Shown here one piece after another: positions 23,979 through 35,700 of a stretch of DNA of 64,000 bases (positions are counted from its first letter, which is position 1; every line of letters starts with the position of its first letter). The position numbers were made by a program, and so were the translations under genes. This DNA comes from Amphiscolops sp. MND2022. Lineage: Eukaryota. The DNA lies in assembly GCA_964187785.1 (NCBI GenBank), contig OZ076409.1, forward strand, positions 60,824,001-60,888,000, written 5' to 3'. The notes beneath the pieces were generated by a model, which saw only the letters and a list, made by a program, of their open reading frames with translations, was not told where the DNA came from and searched no databases.

Positions 23979-24659
23979 ATTTATTCATTTTTTGTATCCA
24001 TTGCCATAACAATTGTGATATCTTTTCCATTATGTTTCTTAATTGAATCAGTCTCTTGTGAATCATTTTGTTTTCGATTTGGGGCAAAAGAACAGTAGTG
24101 GAGCGACATTGTAATAATTGACAACAATAACATTAAACAATTGAGTCAAACAAAAAGTAATGAGGATTAAATTGTTCAAAAAGACAAGCCCCCGGAAAGA
24201 TCTTATGATACCAATCTAATCTTCTTGTAATCTCCTAATCTTCCTATTGATTGATATATAGTATGAGTTTAAGCTTATTCAATTATATTAAATGAGAGTT
24301 GTTCGATTTAAGGTGGAATGATGAGAAGCATGGAAGCTTGATAATCATTATTCAAATTTATTTCGAAAAAAAGTACCTGGGAAGGGTTTACTAAAATTCT
24401 GATAATCGGCAAATCCTTATCTTTAGTTGATTAGGTATATCTCGGACATTTTTTGATATGTATTCAAAGTTTCTATCAAATTGAAAGGCCACACTTGGTG
24501 GGAAACGAATGGACAGATTATGTTCAACAATTAGTTGACTTCGCCCATGCGTTTCCGAGATTTTCAGTTATGAACAACAAAACTCGCCCATGCATTCCCG
24601 AGTTTTTGCCCAACATTTTCCGAGTTTTGGAAGGCCTTGCCGGTTACCCCACTGTAATG

Positions 24660-26790
24660 ACATTTGTTCAAAGTAACTAATTGATCAGGAATTTACTAGT
24701 GAAGGGTTGAAGGAACCATAGGGGCGATGGCTAGGTGTCTGTTGAAAACAGCATAATAACCTGAATCTTTTTGGCCGTTTGCATACCGAGGAGCTTTCCA
24801 TATAAAAAAACCGATGCCTTCACTCTGGTCATGGCACAACATCGTTCGGAAAATATTCTAACAAGACACCAGATGTGTCTCATTTTCGAGTTTTTGGGCG
24901 TCAAGCATTCATCTACTTAGAAAAACCAAAGCGAAACAGGTTTGAAAGTAGGGCTTTCGAAGGTTTTTTACTCGACTATAGCAACAATTCTAAGTCATTT
25001 TGATCGGATTTATTGGTGGCGCAGAGCTCATCACGATAAGTAGCCGCAATATTAAAATCATCGGGACTAGTTCCCCTGGTAAAACACACTTCGCAAACAC
25101 TGAAAGTGAAAAAGATTTTTTCTTTGAACCCAACGAAAGGGGTAGTGAAAAAGAGTTGTAGAACGCGAAATCAGTCGCCAAAACAAACTTGATTAGAGAT
25201 GTGAGTGAGTTCCAAAACGATGCTTTAAGCGGTAATCCAGAAACTTTGGTCACCGAAAGATCAGACGAGAGCATCGCACAAATTCCACCGCATAGTTCGA
25301 CTGAATATACTACGACTAGATACGGACGAAAAAGAAGCCGCCCAACAGATACACCCCAGGTACGAGCAGCAACTTGTCTTACAGTTTAGGTCTGGGTTCG
25401 ATAAAATTGAAACACTCGCATACCAGATGTTGATCAAAATTTACCGAAAAGCATTGAAGAAGCACTTTTTTCATCAGAGCGGTATCGTGCGATGAAAGCG
25501 GAATACTAATCGTTACAGAAGCTCGTTGATATGCTCGAAGGAAGAAACCTCGTAACAGGTAAATGGCATTTTGAACTTAAGCGAAATAACAAAGGGGAAG
25601 TTATTAAGCACAAAGCAATATACGTAGCTAGAGGATTCAAACAAAAACAAGGTGTCGACTACGATCAAACTTATAGTCCGACTGTTAAAATAGTAACAAT
25701 TCGAGTTTTGCTGAGTTTGGAAGTTCAAAAATAATGGTATTCAAACAGAAAAAGTTCACAAAGTCAAAACAGTTAGGCATAAAAACGCCAACTGGAACAC
25801 AGGTATAGAGGAAGAAATTTTTGTAGGTCAGCCACCAGGATTCGTTGAGGAAAATGCCAACAGGAAATGATTTGTTTGTAGATTGAAAAATTCTCTCATG
25901 GATTGAAGCAATCCGGTTGCAATTAGTTGAATGCACTTAGAGATTTTTTGTTTAGCATTCAGTTCAAGCCGAACAAGCCCTGAGGGGACGAAACGGTCAT
26001 AAGGACTTTGTAGCATGTTGGGTAGTTGAATTACTCTACTGTAGCGACGATAATAGGTTTTACGAAACGTTTGAGCAAAAAACTTTGGATCAAAGAAGTA
26101 GATGACTTGAACTGGTTCTACTGGTTCTTGGGAAAGCAAATTAGACGTGAAAAAGGCAGACTAGAAATTTGCCAAGAAACCCAAATCGAAAAATTACTTG
26201 GAAATTTTGGAATGAAAGATGCCAAAGGACTTTTCACGCCTGTTGCTGAAAAACAACAATCCAGTAAGTCAGACTGTCCTGACGAAGGCAGCCAAGAACA
26301 AAAGGAAATGAAAAATAGTTTTCGTGGAATGATTGGTTGCTTGAATTGCTTAGCGAACAAGACAAGACCTGATATACCTTTCGCTCTGGGGGCCTTAAGT
26401 TGTTACGTTCAAAAGCTATAAGTATGAAGTTCAATGGAACAGACAACGGTAGCGACTTCAACAGCTGAGCCAAAAGCATTGTCGTTCTTTCCAGCTTCTC
26501 AAGAACTGAGTTTCTACGAGGACTAGCAAACGAGAAAAAAAATATGCGGAAAAACTTACTAAGATAGATGTAGGCAATCAGGCTTGTATCGCGATAACAA
26601 AAGTTACAGTGAACTCTCAGAAAGTAAAGCAATTTGCAATCAAGTTGATTTTCATACAAAAAAAATTGCGACATTTAGATGTTAAGTTTTGTCCAGTGAA
26701 ATGATTTTTGACTTGCTAACTAAACTGTTGGCAAAAGTTAAGGTTGAAATGTTCAGCAAAAGTTTCTCCGGAAATTATATCTTGTAATCG
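24660..26790 (+). mobile_element. Same copia element, 3' part (rest of integrase, RT, RNase H), decayed
   Basis: Continues the integrase after the insertion (D-I-C-S-K-*-L-I-D-Q-E-F-T-S). RT motifs KWHFELKRN...KHKAIYVARGFKQKQGVDYDQTYSP and FRGMIGCLNCLANKTRPDIPFA. Purine tract aataggagg at ~26798. Confidence 0.9.
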
Positions 26791-28199
26791 AGCTCCGAAT
26801 AGGAGGCGTTTTAGGATATATAGAAGTCATAGATTGTTTCGAAGCTCGAAACAAGTTTCTCAAAATGTATGAACAACTTCTCCAATTAGAAACAGTCACG
26901 CCTTAAAGTCTGATGGTTATTTTGTAAATCACTTTTTCGGTAATTTCTCTAAATGCAATTGAATTGATACTACCAACTCTTTGTCCCACTCAGCCTCAAA
27001 AGTCAAGAAACTATGCATGAATATCTTTCAGCTTGCCATTTGATCTAATTTTGTAAGTAAATAGATGGCAACGTCATATGATTGGATATTATCTTTTGAA
27101 TGAAACTTATACTAATGTTTTCATTGGGTGTTGTGTACTTATGCTATGAATTTGCAATTGCCAATCAAAGTAAAACCGTGTTTATGGTATTACCTGATGT
27201 TTTGAATAATATTTCCAAAGTGTGGAAATTGTTGACCGAAAGGTCTCAGTTGCATCAGTTTTTATGTGATTGTTTGCTTAGTCAGACATATCTGCTTCTT
27301 TTTATTTTTGTACTATTTTGTAATAATGATGATGATAATACCCGTAATGTTATTCCGGCACCATTTGTTCCTTTTATCAGTGTTTACACATTTCCGTTCT
27401 CGAAATTCTTTGCTCCGTTTCAGTTGCGTGCCATTTTTGCAAGTAATACTTTTGTGCCGAGTTAATAGTTCTTTAGTTGGAAAGTTGAATAATTGTTCAC
27501 GTCAGCGTGCCTTCATGCGTAGAAATTCAAGTAGACTTTTGTTGTTCCGCCATTTTAACAACTAAACAGGAAACGCCTTTGACTCAACAAAAATGATTTC
27601 AACAAATGGTGACAAATAAGTGACACAACTAGGAATTCAGATACCTGAATTTTAGACGCTGGTCTGAATTAATATGAATGAACTGGGTTTTTGTATGAAC
27701 AAACGCGATTTTTTTGGAACCTAGGAGTTTTTAGTTGAGGAACAAATGATGCTATGAAGGTATAAATTTGTTGGTTTTGTAAATTAAATCACAGTTAAAA
27801 GTGATCTTTGTTGCACTGTCTTACACCGTTGTTAATACGATTTCCCCACTGGAAATTCCAATTCTTTCAAACAGCTTGTCTCAACATCAAATTACTTAAA
27901 AACTAAAACGACTACTCAAAATAACACTCCGTAAGGTAGTCGTGACATCACAATTCCAGAAAAATCCATAGAGGGACCCTTCGGCTTCAATTGAATTTGT
28001 ATCAACTCTAAATATCCTCAAAATCAAAAAGGGGACCACGAAAAGTCTTGACTAGATTCGATTCTTTCCTCAAGAAAAGCGCCGACTAAAAAGTGGGGAT
28101 AGCAGATGTCTAGAAAAAAGGTTGTTTGTACCAAAACTTATGAGCATCGAAGTTGAGAGCGTTCAGTCATAACCAGATACGTATAATCAACAGATACAA

Positions 28200-29780
28200 T
28201 CTTCTTGTAGATATCATTGCCTTCTCGTTTGGAGGATATTCTGTTGCAAAATATTGGTGAAGTACTGACCAAGCTTGGTGAATCTAATAATCTGTAGATG
28301 ATATTGGTGATGCGAAGCTCCCAAAACAGTTTTTTTACAAAACAATATTTAACAGCCCTATGGTTTTGAACCCAGCATGGATGCAAAAAGTTTTCTATAA
28401 CTTAGTTGATCAAGTACTCTGGAAACATACGGTTGAGGACAAAAGATTTAGGACTTGAAAGATTGAAGATTATGACTACACAAACGGATCATCACTCATT
28501 GTTTTTAAAACATTCATTCCATGCCAGTGCTAGCTCCGCCCGAATAAACTGTTAACTTTGGTTATTGATAATAAGCAGAGTTTTAATTTTTCATCAAAAC
28601 TCAAGTTGATTTCAAACGGAGACGAAACAGTATATACTAACGTGCAAGAGGCCACCGAAAATATCATAAGAAAAACCATGTCCACATCGGCTAACTGCAA
28701 GAAAGTATAAAGTGTCAACTTGCGTGAAAACAGACCTCAGTGGTATAGCAATTTCGTGACGAAAACTTTGAAGAGAAAATATCTATCACGAATGTTTGAA
28801 GTGCAGGTCTGATGACAGACAACCTAGACGAAAACATTAAGAGAAAAACTCAGAAATCAGCTAAAAACTAATGTATATAAAAAGTTTTCCAGTTTTAAAA
28901 TGAGATGAAAACGTTTTTTTTAGAAAAACGACTTTGGTCAACCAAAACAAGAAACACAGCTGGGTTCCGAAGAGTACTCTATAAAAGGGAAATGATCTTT
29001 GACGCATCAATCGACTGTTAAAAGTTCAATGGGGATTGTTATTGCAGCAAGAAGTTGCAGCAAGGGTAAGGACCGACCAACGCACAATTATGTGAAGAAA
29101 TCTCATTGGGACGGTTCTCTCAAAATATCGGCTAACCCTTCATCAGGGGGTTCTTGCAGAGGTATCGAAGATGTCCTAGACCCAGTTTTATCGGAATGGC
29201 CCAATCGATTCTTAGACAAAAGAATTCCACAGATTGTCTAAAACGTGCTAGGTTTCTTCAATTAACTTCAATACACCTCCGAACCTACGCGTAATATCCC
29301 ACTTTGAACGTTTCATATCTTAAAAGAGTTCTCCTTTCAGTTACAGCAAAAAAGCCGTTGTTGATTCAATCAGGCCAACAAATTGAAAATGTTTCACTAA
29401 ATGATTAAGTCATGACTACTTGTCTGTTCCTTGATCTAACCAAAGCCTTTTATTCACTCAATCATGATTGTCTCATCATGAAACTGGAGCAATATGAAAT
29501 AAGAAGTCCTGCATTATCATGATATAAAATATGCTTGGAAAACAGAAATAGTTTGTTCCGTTTAATGGTACATTATCCGTACTTAAAGTAGCAGGTACTT
29601 GTGTGCTAGAACGTTCGGTATTGGGTTCTTTTCTGTTACTCATCTTCTAAAATGATCTCGAAAACGTATCCACTTGTTTCCTTCTTTTCCCTGACGAGAC
29701 AAAACTCAGAATAAACACTTCGTCTAAATATAATGAAGATTCATTTCCCGATGAAATTGTCGCAAAAAAACTCCATTTGA
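28200..29780 (+). mobile_element. Highly decayed non-LTR retrotransposon (CR1/L2-type RT)
   Basis: FLDLTKAFYSLNHDCLIMKLEQYEIRSPALS (~29427-29520), VLERSVLGSFLLLIF*NDL and LFPDET correspond to the FLDLSKAFD / GVPQGSILGP / LFADDT motifs. Boundaries approximate. Confidence 0.8.
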
Positions 29781-30483
29781 TTAAAAAGACTTGTTAAGGG
29801 TTGGAGACGTACAAAATTACTTTGCATTCGCGGATAATTATCCCTAGAGTTTTCCAAGTCTCCTTTGTTGTAAGATATTAACCAAAAGCATAACTGTGAA
29901 AGACATCGGCAATATATTTACAAACCAGACGCCCGCTAAACATCGGGATATTTTCCGCTTTGTCAAAAAAATCAGACGAGAGGAAAGATTCGAACCCAAA
30001 ACCTACCCTGGTTAAAAAAATGCGTTCCTTGCAAGGATCTTGCAAGATTTTCTTTCAAGGTCTTGCAAGATAATGCATTTTTCTGCAAGACATCTTGCAA
30101 GAATCTTGCAAGAAAAAAAATTTCCTTGCAAGATTCTTCCAAGGAGAAAAATTTCGTGGAAAGTTCTCGACAATTTTTTTATTTTTTATATTCATTGTTT
30201 TTGACTTCAAGTTGACTACTGCATCGTGACTATTAGATTCTGTCACAGAACGGGGTTTACTTACTAGAGGATTCAACCACCAAAAAGATGCAAACTCTAG
30301 AAAATATCTCTAAAAGTGTGATCTTAGTGAAGTTATTTGAAAAGTAGTAGTACATTTCAGTGACGCAACATCTAAAAAACAATTTCAGAGTATCCTGAAA
30401 ATTTTTTCCAACCAGATGTGTTATGTACCTGTTGACAAGCAATTGATAAGATTAAAAGCAAATAAGAATCGTTCCGTTTCAAG

Positions 30484-30552
30484 GTAGCTTGGCCTAGCGG
30501 TAGAATACAAGGCCGGTATTCGACCGGCCTAGGTTCGATTCCCGGACAGGTA
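30484..30552 (+). ncRNA. tRNA-derived Pol III-like unit (SINE head), not a canonical tRNA
   Basis: A box TGGCCTAGCGG, B box GGTTCGATTCC, central hairpin gccggt-attcg-accggc; acceptor stem not convincing. Confidence 0.5.
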
Positions 30553-31687
30553 AAATATTTCCTATTTCGGAAATAAGATCTAAATATTTTCTTCATTTCA
30601 GTAAAATAACCTTGAGAAAAGGCCTTGCTATTTATGTTTACTGTTGTTATTTTTGTTGACTAATATTATTTGATCTTTTGCCAGTTGTGTCATACTATTA
30701 TGTACATTGTTTGATTCATTTTGCGACCGTATATAGCCATATTCAATTGATTCTTTGACACTCAAACGATCTATAGAAAAGCCGAAGTCTATGGTTATTT
30801 CATGGTGGCCATAGAGAGGCAACTTACTTTCATTTTTTTTATTGCTGGTCATCCTACACAGCGTGTGTTGTGTGTGTTGAGATTGCAGTTAGACAAGTTG
30901 CAGTGAAAAGACAGCAATTACGAACGACCTCGGGGGAAGGAAAGCCTTTGAAGGAAACGCAGCAGGAAGAGGCAAGAATTGGAATGCTGCTGTTCAGTTT
31001 GGCGCTGCTTTCCTTTATAATTCCCGGGCGCAAGCCACTGCAAAACAGTTGCAAAGTGGCATAATCTTCTCATTCTGTTCAGAATAATCTTTCATCTTGT
31101 TCAGCCTAACCCTTCTCATCCTGTTCAAAATCCTATTGAACTTATTAATTACTTCGCGACTGGAATTCAACACGACTGCTGGAAAATTCGTTTTATCACT
31201 GCCAAGTTTACCCCCAACAGTCCAGGGTGCCCACCCCCACAGCGGAGGGTGTTTTTCCCCGAAGTGTGCTGAGCAACCCCCGCTACAAACAGAGAGACGA
31301 GGGTTTCTCCCGCAGACGAGTGGGTGCTGTACCCCACAGACGAGGGTGCAACCCCCCCGAAACTCGGCAGGCGCCCTGCAACACCCGGAAGGTGTCACTG
31401 AAACCTGACTACTACATAAAACTGGTTATGTTCAAAACAAAACTGATTTAGAAAAAACTCTCAAAACTGAATAAAACTAGAACTTGTGCTACTTTCATAG
31501 CAAGGCCTTTGAAAAGTTGTTGATATACACTAACGTTCTTATCAATATTAGAAGTTACTTCGAGGCTAAAAGACTTCCCTTTGAGTGAAGTTTTTGCTTT
31601 TTGCGCTTTGTGGAAAAGACTCCAGTACATTTACGAGAAATCAATTTCGTAAAATCCAGTGGCCAACATTCGGAAACCTTTAACGTA

Positions 31688-32178
31688 ATCCGAAAAAAAT
31701 AGTACAAAATTTGCTCTCTAAAGATCTTGCCGAAAAATCTGACATCATTATTTGGCATGATGTGCTGAATAACAGTATTTCTAAACATGAGAGCAACATT
31801 TATCGAGCTTTAACAATCCCGCAATTATTAGAAATTTTGAAATCGATTGAAAATAAACTCCGGGCTCTAGTGTACTGCCACCGATTTCGTACACCGAACA
31901 TTTATCAAACTTTGAAGGAAATAGAAATTTCCACGAACATTAAAGTGTTCAGCATCGTTGAAGATTTCATTTCCACGAGAAAACAGAAAGATCCCGACTT
32001 TCTCAAAAAACTCAAGGCATTACACCAGAGCCCCGAGATTGAAATAAAGCATATTGATTTTATTCTGAGAAAAGAAAGCGAGCTTGACGCCATCACCGAC
32101 AAAAGCCGCCCCAAGCGGCCTAGTAAGCGCGCCCGAAAGGCCATCAAGAGCGCAGCTGCCGGCGCTGCTTCGTCCTAG
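31688..32178 (+). CDS. 5'-truncated accessory ORF upstream of BEL gag-pol (possible SGNH/esterase-like fold)
   Basis: Open frame NPKKIVQNLLSKDLAEKSDIIIWHDVLNNSIS...LVYCHR...LKALHQ with a basic C-terminal tail. The fold is a guess. Confidence 0.45.
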
Positions 32179-32724
32179 ACCCCCTCCATCAGTCTTTACT
32201 GTACTGTAGTTACGGTGTCCAGACTTCATTGTCCGGTTGAAGTTTCTACAGTAGTTTACCCGTCTTCTTGAGTTGTGTCCGGACTTAATTGTCCGGTTGA
32301 TACTCAGAAGTCTACTCCCCGTCTTTCTTCCTGCCGTTTGGACAGTGTCCAGACTTAATTGTCTGGTTGAAGTTCTTTCGGCCTTCTTCCGCCCCTTGGG
32401 CACTTAATATTGGACGAACCTTTGTCCTTTCGGGAAGAGCGTGTTTTTAAATCATCGTCTCGTTCCATGTTACTTCTTCCTGTGTCTTGTAATTACTTTT
32501 AAAAAACAAACAACCGCAAAACTACTCTACCGTTGCTGTTATCGTGAGATACAGCTCCCATCATCCAAAACACACCGTTACCGTTAACCCAAAATTTCTC
32601 CGTTCAGCTGTGTCTAAGCTTAATTGCTTGGTTGACGCTGTCGAAGAAACTGTTCCTCGATCTATTTTGAATAACACTTTCCTTACTACCTTGATTCATT
32701 CTCTAACAAAAGATCACGACAAAG

Positions 32725-35700
32725 ATGACCGACACCAGACAAGACAAAGTTAGGAAACTTTTCGAAAGTCGTGCCAAAGCTGAGACCGAGTTACAAAGAT
32801 TGCAAGAAAAAGTTCAAGATGCCGTGGAGAACAAAGATAGACGTGTCCGCGTCGAAAGACTTGTTACTTCCTGCGACGAAGCGATGACGAAACTGTTTGC
32901 TAAACATGAACAACTTTTCGAACTCGCTAGCAAAACAGAAGACCCATCACTTGTTAAACAGGATTTGGAAACTTGGTTGAATGAAGTGACCACTCGAAAC
33001 GATGAGATTTTAAAGAAGGCTCGTGATTACATCGATCAGTGCCCGCCCGTCGATGGAGCATCTCAATCGTCAACGACTGTCACCAGGAGAAAGCAACCAA
33101 GCAAAACGTCAGCTTCAAGGACATCTAGACAATCGAGAACATCCAGTCAACGGCAACGAGACTTGCTAATTGCCAAGCAACGTAAGGAGGAGATAGAAAG
33201 GCAAAACGATGCCGCCCTTAGAATTGCAAAGCAACAGCAGGAACTGGAACTCGAACGTCTACAGGAAGAACAGGAACTCCTTAGACTGAGAACCGACCGA
33301 CTTAAGAAAGAACAAGCACTTCGAGTTGAACAGTTAGAAGAAGAAAACCGAAAGAAACTAGCTGAAGCAACACTCACCGAGCTTGAACTAACTGAGGACT
33401 TGTCGGACTCTCAATCGGAGTTTCTAGACACAGTTTCACAACTAGCGGCTTCGACTAAAGCCGACGACACTGTCCGAGTCAGCGAGTGGGTTAACAATTC
33501 ACCCGTTGCTAGTGCAAGTGATCCCACAAACACCGTTATTTTGGAACCGAACGTCGTTATCGTCACTACCGCAGCACAAAATTCAGTCAACAGAGGAGCT
33601 CCTACAACAACGCCAACACCTAGCTTCCCAGTAGTGACTCCTGTAGCCCTTCCAACCGCTTCGACGACTAACAATATGCCTCCAGCTACAGGACCAGCTT
33701 CAATAGTTTACCTACCAAACACTGGCCACGTACAGGTTCCCCAGTCGACCACAACGCTTCAGGGGACAAATGCTCCATCGGTAACTGCTTCAGCCTCAGC
33801 TCCTTTGGCAACCGCCACGTCAATTCCGATTTCAACAGTCACCGTTCCCGCAAGTCATGTTCTTCCGAATTTATCAGCCTGGACGTTTCCGACAAGACCA
33901 AGTAACCCGCCCGTGACAGTAACCCCCGTAACTTCGAGCGCCACTGTGTTTCCGACAGTTATACCGGCTACTAGTGTCGCCCCAACAGCTTCGCCTGTTA
34001 TTCCAGTCACTGCTGGAGGAACAGTATACTATATTAACCCGAAGTCTCTTGCAACTGTGCCCGCACCGAGTAGCGCACCAATACCGACTACTTTCCCGGC
34101 CGTTCCTTCAACAGCAACACTATTGGCAACTCCCCCATTCGTCACTGTACCACAACCTGCTACTACCAGTTTCACTATCCAAGATCTTGCACAACTGTTA
34201 GCGTCCTCGAAAAGGGATCACCTCCCTGAATGGAAACTGGCCCAGTACAGTGGAGATCCACTTCAATGGCACGAGTGGTTTGGCCAGTTCAAGAGTGCCA
34301 TCGATTCAGCGCCCCTTACCGATGACGTGAAACTGACCTACTTGAAGACATTGGTGTCCGGTAAGGCAAAAACTGCTATAGCCGAGTTTGCATATTGTGG
34401 TACTATGTACAAAGACGCGCTGAAAACGTTGGAACGAAAGTTTGGGCAACCTCAGGCTGTTGTTAGTGCCTACCTCGACAAACTCGCCAACTACCCGCCA
34501 GTAAAGATGCACAATAGCGACAGTATCATCAGCTATTCTGCCACAGTTTCCTCACTGGTTGGGGTTTTTCGATCCTTGAACTACCTGCAGGATCTGTCGA
34601 GTGCTTCTCTCCTGGGCCAAGCGGTTCAAAAACTTCCACCAAATTTGAAGGAAGCGTGGTCGATGAACACCGTCAAACGGAATCTGGATCGACCGACTTT
34701 GATTCACTTTAACGATTGGCTAAAGGAGAAGGCAGAGGCACACGAAAGAATGAAAGCCGCCTCCAGTAAACCAAGATCCGAAGAAGTTCCTGTCGCTACC
34801 GTAACCAAGACCAAAACAGGAACCAAGGTCTTTGCGGCGACCACCAGTAACCAAGGAAACGGCGCTAGCAAGGTTAAAAAAGAGAAACAATGTGTAGCTT
34901 GCAAGGACAGTCACCCGCTTTGGCGTTGTACAGTATTCCGCCGAAAAACTCCGACAGAGAGAACCAAGCTAGCCGCTGAGAGCAAACTTTGCTTCTCTTG
35001 TCTAAACGAAGGACATTCATTTCGGCAATGCCCGCAACCAAGAAAATGCACAAGAGACGGCTGTAGCAGCTCTCATAACACCTTACTTCACGGGTCCGAC
35101 AGAATTTTCCCACAGAAAAGTCTCGGCGATGCGAAAAATTCTCAAAGTAAAACGACAAAGACCAGTCAGAGGCAAACTGGCAGCGAAAGCTCCGGCATGC
35201 CTTCCGTAACCGACGTCAAAGGCTTGTTGCAGATAACAGAAGTCGAATTGACATCGCCGTCGAGCTCCGCTAAAATTCTTGCTCTATGTGACTCAGCTTG
35301 TAGTCATTCATGGATCTCGAGAAGATTAGCCGACAAGCTACAAGTTAAGGGCTCAGCAACCAAGTTAACCGTACATGGGATAAACTCCCAACAACTGATC
35401 GACACGGAAACGGTTGAGCTTAAGTTGACACCCGTTCATTCGGGTGGCTCTTGTTCATCTTTTCCTGTTACTCCTTACGTCCGAGATGATTTGAAAGTTG
35501 GAAACGACATTATCGACGTTGACAAACTGAAAACGACTTACCCGCATCTGGAACCGATCCCCCTCAGTAAGTACAGCTATTCAGACGTAGAGATGATCCT
35601 TGGTCAGGATGTCTTCCACTGTATCCGCCCATTGGAGTACTTCGAAACCGACCGTCCGAATACTCCAATAGCCGTCCGTTCACCGTTGGGTTGGGTACTG

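Larger units (their letters stand above)
5719..24659. mobile_element. Giant (18,941 bp) cut-and-paste DNA transposon with chromatin-modifier cargo; RAG1/Transib/CMC-like transposase
   Basis: Perfect 23-bp TIR CATTACAGTGGGGTAACCGGCAA at 5719-5741 and 24637-24659. AC duplicated at 5717-5718 and 24660-24661. The empty site ttc-acg-gac-att-tgt rejoins the copia integrase frame. Confidence 0.92.

Noticed and set aside
5722..24656. Reading the giant element as Tc1/mariner-like (TA|CAGTGGGG...CCCCACTG|TA)
   Set aside because: The inverted repeat extends beyond the TA (CATTA/TAATG). Only the AC-TSD reading rejoins the copia frame, and the transposase motifs are not Tc1-like.
30484..30552. Functional tRNA genes here and at 37600-37640 and 55333-55402
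   Set aside because: A/B boxes are present, but there is no proper acceptor stem or 7-nt anticodon loop, and all lie within repeats.
30854..31408. Overlapping 60-130 aa ORFs on both strands
   Set aside because: Explained by locally high GC; no recognisable protein features.
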